Positions 9,530 to 19,523 of a DNA stretch of 64,000 nucleotides are shown here, piece by piece (position 1 is the first letter of the stretch; every line of letters begins with the position of its first letter). The translations under genes and the position numbers were made by a program. The notes below the pieces were generated by a model that did not search any database, had not been told where the DNA came from, and saw only the letters and a program-made list of their open reading frames with translations. Origin of the DNA: an uncultured Candidatus Binatia bacterium. Lineage in GTDB: Bacteria > Desulfobacterota > Binatia > UBA9968 > JAJDTQ01. The stretch spans positions 928,001 through 992,000 of the forward strand of contig OZ244070.1 of the NCBI GenBank assembly GCA_965215605.1, given 5' to 3'.

Positions 9530-9931
9530 ATGATTGAACCACGAACGGCTCGAATTTTCCGCGGACTCGCGATCTGTTTCTGGCTGCTGGCGATCTCGAA
9601 CTTCTCCAAACCTCTTCAACTGAGCGAGCACAGCGGTCTCGTTCTGTTCGGGACCCGCTTGACGGGCGGTGACGCCGTGTTGTGGAGCGTCGTGTTCGGC
9701 CTCTACCTGGCGGTCTACGGCCTGGGAGTTTGGCGCATGAAACGCATCGTGATCGGGATGGCCCACGCCTACGCGCTCTACGTGGTCGTGAATCTGTTCC
9801 TGTACTGGACCAACAACCCGCCGCCGTCGGGCGCCGACGTGATACTGGCGGTGCTGTACTCCCTGGTCGCCGTGGGCGTGTCCGCGGGTTCGGCGGTGCT
9901 GCTGAGCCTGCACCGGAAGGAACTGGGATAG
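9530..9931 (+). CDS. Small hypothetical membrane protein (about 4 TM)
   Basis: AGGAG RBS, hydrophobic helices, coding-like codon usage. Confidence 0.7.
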   Translation: MIEPRTARIFRGLAICFWLLAISNFSKPLQLSEHSGLVLFGTRLTGGDAVLWSVVFGLYLAVYGLGVWRMKRIVIGMAHAYALYVVVNLFLYWTNNPPPSGADVILAVLYSLVAVGVSAGSAVLLSLHRKELG

Positions 9932-9971
9932 AATCTCCCGGTTGATTGTACCGTGTTCGAGGAGGGCATCC

Positions 9972-10826
9972 GTGCCGACCATCACCGCGTCCGACGGCAC
10001 CCGTCTCTACTATGAAGCGTCGGGGCGGGGCGTCCCCATCGTGTTCGTCCACGAGTTCGCCGGCGACCACCGGAGCTTCGAGCCACAGGTGCGTTTCTTC
10101 TCGCGCTCCAACCGCTGCATCGCCTTCGACGCCCGCGGCTACCTGCCGTCCGACGTGCCCGAGGCTCCCGAGGCCTACAGCCAGGACAGCGCCCGGGACG
10201 ACGTGGTGGCGGTGCTCGACGGGCTCGGGCTCGACAAGGCGCACATCGTCGGGCACTCCATGGGCGCCTATACCGCGCTCCACGTGGCCATCCACCATCC
10301 CGGGCGTTGCCTGTCCTTGGCCGCCATCGGCTGCGGTTGGGGTTCGAACCCCGCCGAACGCGAGGAGCGCGCCGCCATGTGCGCGGACATCGCGCGCATG
10401 TTCCGCGAGGAACCCATGACGCAGGCCGCGGCCCAGTACGCCCGCTACCCCATGCGCAGGCCCTTCGAATCCAAGGACCCGCGAGGCTTCGCCGAATTCG
10501 AGAAGACGCTCGCGGACCATTCGCCCATGGGACTGGCCCTCACCATGTCCCAGGTCCAGGGCCTGCGCCCCACGCTGTGGGATTTGGAGAAACCCTTGTC
10601 GCGTCTCGACGTTCCGCTGCTGGTCATGGTCGGTGACGAGGACGACCCGTGCGTGGACGGCAGCCTGTTTCTCAAACGCACCGCGCCCACGGCCGCCTTG
10701 GTGGTGGTACCGCGCTCGGGCCATACCCTGACCCTGGAAGAACCCACCGCCGTCAACGCCGCCCTGGCGGAGTTGTTCAGCGCCGTCGCCGACGGCTCGT
10801 GGATGGCGCATCGGAGGGAGAGGTGA
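9972..10826 (+). CDS. Alpha/beta fold hydrolase
   Basis: FVHEFAGD, GHSMG, GDEDD, GHTL; GGAGG RBS before GTG. Confidence 0.88.
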   Translation: MPTITASDGTRLYYEASGRGVPIVFVHEFAGDHRSFEPQVRFFSRSNRCIAFDARGYLPSDVPEAPEAYSQDSARDDVVAVLDGLGLDKAHIVGHSMGAYTALHVAIHHPGRCLSLAAIGCGWGSNPAEREERAAMCADIARMFREEPMTQAAAQYARYPMRRPFESKDPRGFAEFEKTLADHSPMGLALTMSQVQGLRPTLWDLEKPLSRLDVPLLVMVGDEDDPCVDGSLFLKRTAPTAALVVVPRSGHTLTLEEPTAVNAALAELFSAVADGSWMAHRRER

Positions 10827-11617
10827 GCGACGTGACGTTGGCCGGGGGAGCCATGCGGCTCTCCGCTGCCGGGGGCGTCGCCGAGCTGCGGCTTTGCAGC
10901 GGCGAAAGCCGCAACGCGCTTTCCTCGGCCATGTGGACCGAACTGCGGCGCTTCGCCAAGGACGTCGCCCATGATCGCGACACCCGCGTGCTCCTGCTGG
11001 CCGGCGACGACACGGTTTTCTCGTCCGGCGCCGATATCCGGGAGTTCGCGAGCCTTCGGGCCCCGGGCGCCACCCGTGCCTACGACGACCTGGTGGAGAG
11101 CGCCCTGCGCGCGCTGGAGGCGGTGCCGCAGCCGACCCTGGCCTGCATCGCCGGCCCATGCGTCGGCGCCGGAGCGTCGCTGGCGTGCGCGTGCGACCTG
11201 CGCATCGCCGCGGAGGACGCTTGGTTCATGGTGCCCGCGGCGCGCCTGGGGCTCGGTTACGACCCGCGCGGCATTGCCCGCTTCGTGCGGGCGTTCGGGG
11301 ACTCCGCAGCCCGAGGACTGCTGCTGGGCGCCCAGCGCTGCGAGGCGCGCACGGCCCACGCCCAGGGAGTTGTGCATCGCCTGGTCAAGCCCGGCACCGT
11401 GATCGAAGAAGGCCGGCGCTTGGCCCGCGCCATGGCCGGGAACGCGCCGTTGACCGTGCAAGCGGCCAAGGCCGCGCTCGAGGCCCTGGCGCGGGGAGAG
11501 GACGGCGGCAGCGAAGCGCTCCGCCGGCGTGCCCTCGACGCGGATGCCAGCGCGGACTATGCCGAGGGCTTGGCGGCATTCGGGGAAAATCGCAAGCCCG
11601 AGTTCCGGGGCCGCTGA
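10823..11617 (+). CDS. Enoyl-CoA hydratase/isomerase (crotonase) family protein
   Basis: RNALS, FSSGADI, ACDLRIA, DYAEGLAAF..RKPEFRGR. Confidence 0.85.
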   Translation: MSDVTLAGGAMRLSAAGGVAELRLCSGESRNALSSAMWTELRRFAKDVAHDRDTRVLLLAGDDTVFSSGADIREFASLRAPGATRAYDDLVESALRALEAVPQPTLACIAGPCVGAGASLACACDLRIAAEDAWFMVPAARLGLGYDPRGIARFVRAFGDSAARGLLLGAQRCEARTAHAQGVVHRLVKPGTVIEEGRRLARAMAGNAPLTVQAAKAALEALARGEDGGSEALRRRALDADASADYAEGLAAFGENRKPEFRGR

Positions 11618-11622
11618 CCGGC

Positions 11623-11742
11623 CTATCGAGCCACTGCCTTGTTTGGAAGTCTCAACAGAATCGTCTTGATGTCGTTGCGGATGATCTTCAACTCACCGTC
11701 GATGCGCTCAAACCTGGCATCGATCGCTTCGAACCTCGCAAG
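11623..11742 (-). pseudogene. 3' remnant of a small coiled-coil protein
   Basis: Minus frame reads LARFEAIDARFERIDGELKIIRNDIKTILLRLPNKAVAR* with an upstream in-frame stop and no start. Confidence 0.5.
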
Positions 11743-11778
11743 ATCGGGCGGTCAATTACTTTCTTTAGAGGGCAGACC

Positions 11779-13299
11779 ATGACGAGCGGCAATCTCATTC
11801 ACGCCCTGTACGGCCACCGTAGGAGTCTCGACCCGGCCTTCGTCTTGCCGGATGGCCCTTCCCTATCTACGGGCGAGGTCTTGGCGGCCATCGACAAGGC
11901 CGCCGCCGCCCTGACAGCCTGCGGCGTCAAGGCGGGCGACCGGGTCTCGGTCAGAGTCGGGAAATGCGTCGAGGCCGTGTTTCTCGCCCATGCCTGTTTC
12001 AAGACGGGTGCCATCCTCCACCCCATGAACACCGCCTATACGCCGCGGGAGGTGGAGGCTCTGCTGGCGGACGCTCGACCCGCTCTGTTCGTCTGCGACC
12101 CCGACGAAATAGCGACGTTCGGGGCCGCGGCAACACGGCACGGTTTCCGGATGGAGGGGCTCCGCGGCAGCGGGGGCTCCTTTGGCGATCTGGTCCGCGC
12201 ATCCGGCACCGGAGCGGAGGCGGTGGAGTTGCCCGACGACGCGCCGGCGGCGCTGCTCTACACGTCCGGCACCACCGGCCGGCCCAAGGGCGCCCTCATC
12301 ACCCACGGAAACCTGACCGCCAGCGCCAGGGCGCTGGTGGAGGTGTGGCGATTGGGCGGCGAGGACGTCCTCTTGCACGCCCTGCCGGCCTATCACGCCC
12401 ACGGACTCCTCACCGCCATCAACGTCTTGCTGACGGCGGGCGGCGCCATCTGCTTCGTCCCCCGGTTCGAGGCCGAAGCGGTGCTCCGGGAGTTGCCTCG
12501 CTGCACCGTCATGATGGGGGTGCCGACTCACTACGCGCGGCTATTGAAGGAACCGGGCCTGCGCGAAGCCGTGACGGGAGCGTTTCGCCTGGCCATCTCC
12601 GGCTCGGCGCCGTTGCCGCCGGACATCGCGCACCGGTTCCGGCAGGTGACGGGCATGGAGATCATCGAGCGATACGGCTCCACCGAAGCCGCCATCATCA
12701 CCGCGGTCCCACCCGGCACCGCCGGACGGCGCGGCTGGGTGGGCTGGCCGCTGCCGGGGGTGTGCGTGCGGGTGGCCAACGAGGACGGGCGCTTCGAATC
12801 CGCCGCCACCGGCGTGCTGGAGACCCGCGGCCACAACGTCTGCGCCGGCTACTGGAACCGGCCCGAGGAACGGGCGTTTGCCGACGACGGTTGGTTCGTG
12901 ACCGGCGATGTGGCGGAGATCGACGATGAGGGATGCGTCCGCATCCTGGGACGGGAGACCGACGTCGTGATCTCCGGCGGGCTGAACGTCTACCCCAAGG
13001 AGGTGGAAGACGCCCTGGACCGTGCCTCGGGCGTCGCCGGGTCCGCCGTCTTCGGCGTGCCCCACCCGGATTTCGGGGAAGCCGTCGTGGCGGTGGTGGA
13101 GTACCCGGTGCCCGCATCGTTCGACGAAAGCGCGTGCATCGGCTATCTCAAGACCGAGTTGGCGCCGTACAAGGTGCCCAAGCGGATCATCGCGGCGGAC
13201 TCCATCCCGCGCAACGACCTCGGCAAGGTGGCCAAGGCGGCCTTGCGCAAGGCTCACGGCGGCCTGTTCGCGGCGGAAAAGGAACGCAAGGCGGACTGA
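11779..13299 (+). CDS. AMP-binding acyl-CoA ligase, malonyl-CoA synthetase (MatB)-like
   Basis: YTSGTTGRPKG, HALP.YH.HGL, MMGVPT, ERYG.TE, ISGGLNVYPKEVE, PHPDFGE. Confidence 0.88.
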   Translation: MTSGNLIHALYGHRRSLDPAFVLPDGPSLSTGEVLAAIDKAAAALTACGVKAGDRVSVRVGKCVEAVFLAHACFKTGAILHPMNTAYTPREVEALLADARPALFVCDPDEIATFGAAATRHGFRMEGLRGSGGSFGDLVRASGTGAEAVELPDDAPAALLYTSGTTGRPKGALITHGNLTASARALVEVWRLGGEDVLLHALPAYHAHGLLTAINVLLTAGGAICFVPRFEAEAVLRELPRCTVMMGVPTHYARLLKEPGLREAVTGAFRLAISGSAPLPPDIAHRFRQVTGMEIIERYGSTEAAIITAVPPGTAGRRGWVGWPLPGVCVRVANEDGRFESAATGVLETRGHNVCAGYWNRPEERAFADDGWFVTGDVAEIDDEGCVRILGRETDVVISGGLNVYPKEVEDALDRASGVAGSAVFGVPHPDFGEAVVAVVEYPVPASFDESACIGYLKTELAPYKVPKRIIAADSIPRNDLGKVAKAALRKAHGGLFAAEKERKAD

Positions 13300-13312
13300 C
13301 GGGAGAAGGCAC

Positions 13313-14125
13313 ATGGACCTGGAGCTTCAGGGCAAGACGGCCGTCGTCACCGGCGGCAGCGAGGGCATCGGCAAGGCCATCGTGGCGGCGTTGGCGCGGG
13401 AAGGCGTAGACGTGGCCCTGTGCGCGCGTCGGGCGGGGCCGCTGGAAGAGACCGCCGGGGCGGTGGCAAGCGCCACCGGCCGGAAGATCGTCCCCATCAC
13501 CGCGGACCTGACCCGGGACGAGGATGCCCGCCGGTTCATCCAGGCCGCTGCGCAGGCGTTGGGGCGCATCGACATCCTGGTGAACAACGCGGGCGCCGCG
13601 CCGGGCGGGGTCATCGAGAACCTGACGGAGGACGACTGGGCGCTGGCGCTGCAGCTCAAGTTCATGGGGTACGTCCGCTGCATGCGCTACGCGCTCCCCA
13701 TCATGCGGAAGCAGGGCGGCGGGCGCGTGGTGAACCTCATCGGCAACGACGGCGTCAAGACCTCCTACTGGGAAGTGGCGCCGGGGGCGGCCAACGCCGC
13801 CGGGCAGAACCTGACCAAGTCCCTCGCCGGCCAGTACGGCAAGCACGGCATCAGTTTCGCGGCGGTGAATCCGGGTCCGGTCCGCACCGAACGCTGGGTT
13901 GGCCTGGTGGAGGCCATGTCCCGGGACATGGACCTCCCCTACGAGGTCGCCGACCAGTTGGCCCCCCGGTCCATCCCCCTGGGGCGGATTGCGGAACCCC
14001 ATGAAGTAGCCAACCTCGTCGTCATGCTGGCGTCACCGCTGATGCACTTCGTCAACGGCACGATGATCGAGATCGACGGGGGCCAGGAAAAGGCCCTGAT
14101 GGACCGTTCCCGTGACCGCCGTTGA
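13313..14125 (+). CDS. SDR family oxidoreductase
   Basis: TGGSEGIG, NNAG, VNPGPVRT, IDGG. Confidence 0.9.
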   Translation: MDLELQGKTAVVTGGSEGIGKAIVAALAREGVDVALCARRAGPLEETAGAVASATGRKIVPITADLTRDEDARRFIQAAAQALGRIDILVNNAGAAPGGVIENLTEDDWALALQLKFMGYVRCMRYALPIMRKQGGGRVVNLIGNDGVKTSYWEVAPGAANAAGQNLTKSLAGQYGKHGISFAAVNPGPVRTERWVGLVEAMSRDMDLPYEVADQLAPRSIPLGRIAEPHEVANLVVMLASPLMHFVNGTMIEIDGGQEKALMDRSRDRR

Positions 14126-15110
14126 CGTCCACGCGCATTTCGTCCCGCCGGCGGTGCTGGACACCCTGGCGGCGAGGGGCGGGGAACTCGGCATCACCCT
14201 GGTAGAAAGGGCTGCCGGCGCCCGTTGCTGCCGGTTCGACGACGGCCTCGAGGTGCGTCCCTTCCTTCCCGGGCTGCTGGACCTGGACGCACGGCTGGCG
14301 GAGATGGACGGACAACGGGTGGGGCGGCAAATCCTCTCGGTATGGACCGACATCTTCGGCTACGGCCTCGACGGCGTCCGCTGCGACACTTGGCACCGCG
14401 TCCTGAACGACAGCATCGCCGAGCTGTGCGCGGCCCGTCCGGAGCGGTTCTCCTGGATGGCGTCCGCGCCGCTGGTCGACGCCGCGGCGGCGGCGCGGGA
14501 GCTCGAGCGCTGCGCCGGCAACGGCGCGACGGGCGTGATCGTCACCGCCAACGTCCACGGCAGGAACCTGGGCGAAGTGCCGCTGGACGAATTCTGGAGC
14601 GCCTGCGAGGCTCTGGACGTGCCGGTGTTCGTGCACCCTTCCCTGCCCCAGCCGCTGCCCCGGGCGGAGAAGTTCAGCCTCAACCAGACCTGCGCCTACA
14701 CCATGGACACGACCCTGGCGGTGGGCTCCATGATCCTGAGCGGCACCCTCGACCGCTTCCCAAGACTGCGCCTCCTGCTGTCACACGGGGGCGGGAACCT
14801 GCCCTACCTCATCGGCCGCTTCGACCGCATGCACGACGCCGCGGACCGGAGCGTCACCGGAGACCAGGCCGCGCATGCGCCCAGCGCCTACCTGCGCCGC
14901 TTTCTCTACGACAGCATCGTGCACAGCCGCGAAGCGCTGCTGTTTCTCCGGGACCTGGTGGGCCTCGAACGCATCCTGCTCGGCGGCGACGCGCCGTTCC
15001 CGCCGGGCGACCCCGACCCCCTAGGCGGACTCGAAAAAGCCGGTCTGGACCGGCAGTCCATCCAGACGATTGCCGTAACCAACCCGGCGAGAGAGTACCG
15101 ACTTTCCTGA
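14112..15110 (+). CDS. Amidohydrolase_2 family, ACMSD-like decarboxylase/hydratase
   Basis: DVHAH, VFVHP, SHGGG.LPY, GGDAPF. Confidence 0.88.
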   Translation: MTAVDVHAHFVPPAVLDTLAARGGELGITLVERAAGARCCRFDDGLEVRPFLPGLLDLDARLAEMDGQRVGRQILSVWTDIFGYGLDGVRCDTWHRVLNDSIAELCAARPERFSWMASAPLVDAAAAARELERCAGNGATGVIVTANVHGRNLGEVPLDEFWSACEALDVPVFVHPSLPQPLPRAEKFSLNQTCAYTMDTTLAVGSMILSGTLDRFPRLRLLLSHGGGNLPYLIGRFDRMHDAADRSVTGDQAAHAPSAYLRRFLYDSIVHSREALLFLRDLVGLERILLGGDAPFPPGDPDPLGGLEKAGLDRQSIQTIAVTNPAREYRLS

Positions 15111-15154
15111 GCGCCGCGCCGGAATATCCGCCGTCGCCCGCCGCCGGAGCGCCC

Positions 15155-16456
15155 ATGAGCCAACAACGCTTCAACCACCAACTGATGGATTTCCTGGCCG
15201 CGTCGCCCACGCCGTTCCACGCGGTCCGCGAGATGGCGGGATGTCTGGCGGACGCAGGCTTCCAGTCCCGGCCGGAAGCCGACGCTTGGCGGTTGGAGCC
15301 CGGCGGACGCTACTTCACCACGCGCAACGACTCTTCGATCATCGCCTGGACCGTGCCCGCTCGGGCCACGCTGCCCGAGAGCGGACTCCGCATGGTGGGC
15401 GCCCACACCGATTCGCCGTGTCTCAAGGTCAAGCCGCAACCCGAGTCTCAAGGGAACGGCTATCTTCGGTTGGGCGTCGAAGTCTACGGCGGCGCGCTGC
15501 TCAATCCCTGGTTCGACCGCGACCTGTCCATCGCGGGACGGGTGAGCTATCTCGACCGCGACGGGCTCATCGCGCACCGGCTGGTCGACTTCGAGCAACC
15601 CGTGGCCGTGATCCCGAGCCTGGCCATTCATCTGGACCGGGAGGCCAACGAGCGCCGCGCCATCAATGCTCAGACCTACCTGCCGCCCGTGCTGGGCCGT
15701 CAGGGCAAGGAGTTCGACCTCAAGACGCTGCTGCGTCAGCGGCTCGAGACGGACGCCGGCACGAAGGTCGGCCAGGTGCTGGACCACGAACTGGTGCTCT
15801 ACGACACGCAACCGCCGGCCTTGGTCGGCCTGGACCGGGAGTTCATCGCGTCAGCGCGGCTCGACAACCTGCTGAGCTGCTTCGTGGGGCTGCGCGCGTT
15901 GCTCGAAGCGGAGGGCGACTCCGGGGCGCTGCTGGTCTGCAACGATCACGAGGAGGTGGGCAGCACCACCGCCTCCGGAGCCCGGGGGCCCATGCTCACC
16001 CAGATGCTGGAACGCCTGCTGCCGGCGCCCGAGGACCGCAACCGAGCCCTTGCCCGGTCCATGCTGATATCGGTGGACAACGCCCACGGCATCCACCCCA
16101 ACTTCGCCGACCGGCACGACGGCAACCACGGGCCGCTGCTGAATGGCGGCCCGGTCATCAAGGTCAACGCCAACCAGCGCTATGCCAGCAACAGCGAGAC
16201 CGCCGCGGCCTTCCGGCGTCTGGCGGCCGACGAGGGAGTCCCGGTCCAGACCTTCGTGGTACGTAGCGACATGGCCTGCGGCAGCACCATCGGCCCCCTG
16301 GCCGCGGCCGAGACCGGCGTCCGCGCCGTGGACGTGGGCGTGCCCCAGTGGGCCATGCACTCGGTCCGGGAGCTGGCGGGCGCGATGGACGCCTTCAACC
16401 TGAGCCGTATCCTGCGCCGCTTCTTCGCCACCGCCCGCTACCGTGGCGTCCCGTAA
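15155..16456 (+). CDS. apeB: M18 family (aspartyl) aminopeptidase
   Basis: SPTPFHAV, GAHTDSP, WFDRDL, RLDNL, DHEEVGS, CGSTIGP, AMHS.RE. Confidence 0.92.
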   Translation: MSQQRFNHQLMDFLAASPTPFHAVREMAGCLADAGFQSRPEADAWRLEPGGRYFTTRNDSSIIAWTVPARATLPESGLRMVGAHTDSPCLKVKPQPESQGNGYLRLGVEVYGGALLNPWFDRDLSIAGRVSYLDRDGLIAHRLVDFEQPVAVIPSLAIHLDREANERRAINAQTYLPPVLGRQGKEFDLKTLLRQRLETDAGTKVGQVLDHELVLYDTQPPALVGLDREFIASARLDNLLSCFVGLRALLEAEGDSGALLVCNDHEEVGSTTASGARGPMLTQMLERLLPAPEDRNRALARSMLISVDNAHGIHPNFADRHDGNHGPLLNGGPVIKVNANQRYASNSETAAAFRRLAADEGVPVQTFVVRSDMACGSTIGPLAAAETGVRAVDVGVPQWAMHSVRELAGAMDAFNLSRILRRFFATARYRGVP

Positions 16457-16510
16457 ACGGAAGCGGGGAGTTTCGTCGGGTATCTGTTCCGGCCGGACGA
16501 CGCCACGCCC

Positions 16511-17491
16511 TTACAAGTGGGTGACGAACGGCCCCTGTCCGCGAGTGGGTTGTCGCTGCGGGGATGCCTGTCTCGTTCCAACCAGCTCCTCACTCAGCAC
16601 CGCCAGCGCCTTCAGGAACCGGGGCGCGTTTCGGTTGGTGTATCCGGACTCGGTCATGACGGCATACAAGCTGATCTGCGAGCGTAACCAGTCATCCCCG
16701 ACCTTGACCAGACGTCCGGACTCGAGATAGCGGTTCACGAAGCCGTTCCAGCCCATGGCAATGCCTTCGCCATTCACCGCCGCCTCAAGCAGCAGGAGAT
16801 AGTTCTCGAATGATTCTTCCGGTGCTTTCGGGGGGCCGCAATCGTGGGCGCGGAACCAGGTCGTCCATGTCGCCCAACTCGGGTCGCGCGGCGCAAGAGC
16901 CAACCGGGCTACCTCCGACCAGCGTCGAGGATGCCTGGCAAGCACCCGCTCAAACCGCTTCAGGAAAGCGGGTGAAGCGACCGGGACGACCTCTTCGTCC
17001 AGCACCTTGATCGCGTTTGAATCGGTGGGTGCGGCCGTGTATTCGAAAACGATGTCGACTCCCGACGGCAACAGCAAATCGACCATGTCGTAGTCGCATG
17101 TCAGTACGCGCAGGGGGACGTCCTTCTCGAGAGACCGCCTGAACTCCGAAAAAAAAGGCATCAACAGGAAGTGGAATGTCTCCTGCGTGCAGACGACGAT
17201 CAGGTTGGCGGGTTGGCGGCCGAGCCCGTGCGCGGCGACATGCAGGCCATCCAGCGACGACTTGACGGCGGCATAGTACTCCTGGCCGCTTGCCGTGAGC
17301 ACCACCCCTCTGCCCTCGCGCCGGAACAACTTCTCGCCGACCACCGTTTCCAGATTGCGGATGTGGCGGCTGACCGCCGACTGGGAAGTGTTCAATTCGT
17401 CGGAAGCCCGTATCACGCCGCCGAGCCGAGCCGTGGCCTCGAACGCGACCAACGAGCTGGTGGAGGGAATGTTGAACCGGAAATCATTCAC
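16511..17491 (-). CDS. LysR family transcriptional regulator (GcvA-like)
   Basis: LVAFEATAR...TSQSAVSRHIRNLE HTH; substrate-binding domain. Confidence 0.88.
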   Translation of the reverse strand: MNDFRFNIPSTSSLVAFEATARLGGVIRASDELNTSQSAVSRHIRNLETVVGEKLFRREGRGVVLTASGQEYYAAVKSSLDGLHVAAHGLGRQPANLIVVCTQETFHFLLMPFFSEFRRSLEKDVPLRVLTCDYDMVDLLLPSGVDIVFEYTAAPTDSNAIKVLDEEVVPVASPAFLKRFERVLARHPRRWSEVARLALAPRDPSWATWTTWFRAHDCGPPKAPEESFENYLLLLEAAVNGEGIAMGWNGFVNRYLESGRLVKVGDDWLRSQISLYAVMTESGYTNRNAPRFLKALAVLSEELVGTRQASPQRQPTRGQGPFVTHL

Positions 17492-17614
17492 ACCCTGTAT
17501 GGTATCAGTTTGTCCGGGGTTCCAAAAGATTTACTGCGCGACCGTTCCGATCTCAGCGCACGGTTTCGACTCCTCCCGGACGCGGCGCACCCCTTTACCG
17601 AAGGGTGGCCGGCG

Positions 17615-19309
17615 TCAGCCCACGGTGGCGCCGCTGCTGACGCTCTTGAGCCCTACGGTGCCGTCGGTGATCACGTCCACCACGGTCGGCCTTCCCTTCT
17701 TCAGGGCCTCCCTTACCGCGTCCTGAATCTCGGCGGGGTTTTCCACCCGCAGACCCTCGGCGCCGAAGCCCCGGGCCACCGCGGCGAAGTCGGTGTCGTT
17801 GAAGGCGGCGGGCGAGTCGCCGCCCAGGTCTCCGGTGGCGATCATTCCCAGGCCCGAGTTGTTCATGACCACGAAGACCACCGGCAGGTCGTATTGCACC
17901 GCGGTGGCGATGACGTGCACGGACATGGCGAATCCGCCGTCGCCGCTCACGCTCACCACCGGCCGATCCGGGTGCACGAGCTTGGCCCCCACCGCGGCGG
18001 GAGCGCCCCAGCCCATGCCGGCGAGCCCGCCGGGCACGAACAGGGTCCCGGGCGCCCGGGTCTGGTAGTAGTGGGCCATCCACACCCGGTTGCCGCCGGC
18101 GTCGAGGGTGACGATCGTCTCCGGGTCCAGTGCTTCGTTGAGATCCTTGACCAGCCGCTGGGGCATGATGGGCACGGCGCCGGAGTGAAGGGCGGCGTTC
18201 TCGAAGTAGTTTTCCGCGCGCTTGCGTTGCTCCAGCCGCGCCGCCCCTTGCCGGTGGCTCCGCTGAAGGCCCTCCCCGCCCGTCTGCAGCAGTTGCTTCA
18301 ACACGGCCCTGGCATCGCCGATGAGCGCCACCGCCACGGGATAGGACCAGCCGGCGTTCCTGGGTTCGATGTCGATCTGGATCAGCCTCTGGCGGTCGCT
18401 GTCGATGAGCAGCTCGCTGTTAGTGTCGTTGGGGGCCAGCCGGGAGCCCACCACCAGGATCGTGTCCGCTTCCTGAATCACGCTGTTGGCCACCGGCTGG
18501 CCGTACCGGCCCATCATGCCGAGGGCCAGCGGGTGGTTCTCCGGGAATGCGCTCTTGCCGTTGTACGTCGTTGCCACCGGGCTTCCCAGCAGCTCGGCCA
18601 TGGCCGCCAGCTCGTCGTAGGCTTTCGCCGCGTGGACCCCGTTGCCGGCGATGATGACGGGCCGCTCAGCCCCCTTCAGCAATTCGATGGCCGATATCAG
18701 CTCCGCCACCGCCGGCATGGTCGGCTCCCCCTGGAGCCAGTGTTCGGTGGAGTGGACCCGCGGCGGCTTGTCCGGATCCAGCTCGCCCGCGATGGCCGCC
18801 TGGCGCATGATCACCGCGGTGGGTCCATGACGCCCGGTGGTAGCGTGCTTGATGGCCATCTGAAGGCCCAGCACCGCTTCCTTGGGGGTGGCGGCGAGAA
18901 CCGAGAACTTGGTAATGCCGGAAAACAGGTTCCTCAGGTCGAAGCCGCCATAGTGCCCCCAGCCGCTGGCGTTCCTGGGATTCAGCGAGAAATCGCCGCC
19001 CTCGGTGGTATCCGCCAGCACCACCATGGGCGAGCCCGCCAAGTGGGCCTCCAGGGTTCCGAATATCGCGTTGGTGCCGATGAACGCCCCCTGGCCGAGG
19101 ACCACTCCCGGCTTGCCCGTCAGCCGGCCGTAGATGTCGGCCATGACCGAGGCCGCCTGCTCGTGCCGCACCAGGATCGGACGCACCCGATCCGCGTAGT
19201 GGGACAGCGAATCGAATATGCGCATGGCGCTGCCGCCGGGTATGCCGAAGACGAAATCCACCCGCGCCTCGGCGAGGACCTCGCAAATCTTCGTGTGCGC
19301 TTTGACCAT
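17615..19309 (-). CDS. Thiamine pyrophosphate-binding protein (acetolactate synthase large subunit-like)
   Basis: FGIPGG, RHEQAA, GDGGF...NN TPP motif. Confidence 0.9.
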   Translation of the reverse strand: MVKAHTKICEVLAEARVDFVFGIPGGSAMRIFDSLSHYADRVRPILVRHEQAASVMADIYGRLTGKPGVVLGQGAFIGTNAIFGTLEAHLAGSPMVVLADTTEGGDFSLNPRNASGWGHYGGFDLRNLFSGITKFSVLAATPKEAVLGLQMAIKHATTGRHGPTAVIMRQAAIAGELDPDKPPRVHSTEHWLQGEPTMPAVAELISAIELLKGAERPVIIAGNGVHAAKAYDELAAMAELLGSPVATTYNGKSAFPENHPLALGMMGRYGQPVANSVIQEADTILVVGSRLAPNDTNSELLIDSDRQRLIQIDIEPRNAGWSYPVAVALIGDARAVLKQLLQTGGEGLQRSHRQGAARLEQRKRAENYFENAALHSGAVPIMPQRLVKDLNEALDPETIVTLDAGGNRVWMAHYYQTRAPGTLFVPGGLAGMGWGAPAAVGAKLVHPDRPVVSVSGDGGFAMSVHVIATAVQYDLPVVFVVMNNSGLGMIATGDLGGDSPAAFNDTDFAAVARGFGAEGLRVENPAEIQDAVREALKKGRPTVVDVITDGTVGLKSVSSGATVG

Positions 19310-19523
19310 GAAGTGCTCCCGGACCGCGAGGTCCTCTCTGGCGCGGTCAACCGCGCCGGCTCCCGGCTGCTTGCATCGACGATTCTCATGGGCCTACACT
19401 CGCTGTCGAGCTTGTTAGCGAAGAACACGCTGTTTTGCCATCGGGAGGGCGGCGGAACCCCTCCGCCTGCCTTGACGCGGAAAGCCGCCGGCACTCCCTC
19501 CGCCGCTTAAAGGAGAAAACCTG

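Noticed and set aside
19310-19523. Possible riboswitch in the GC-rich leader between the TPP enzyme and the hydrolase
   Set aside because: Hairpins are possible, but no TPP or other riboswitch consensus was recognisable
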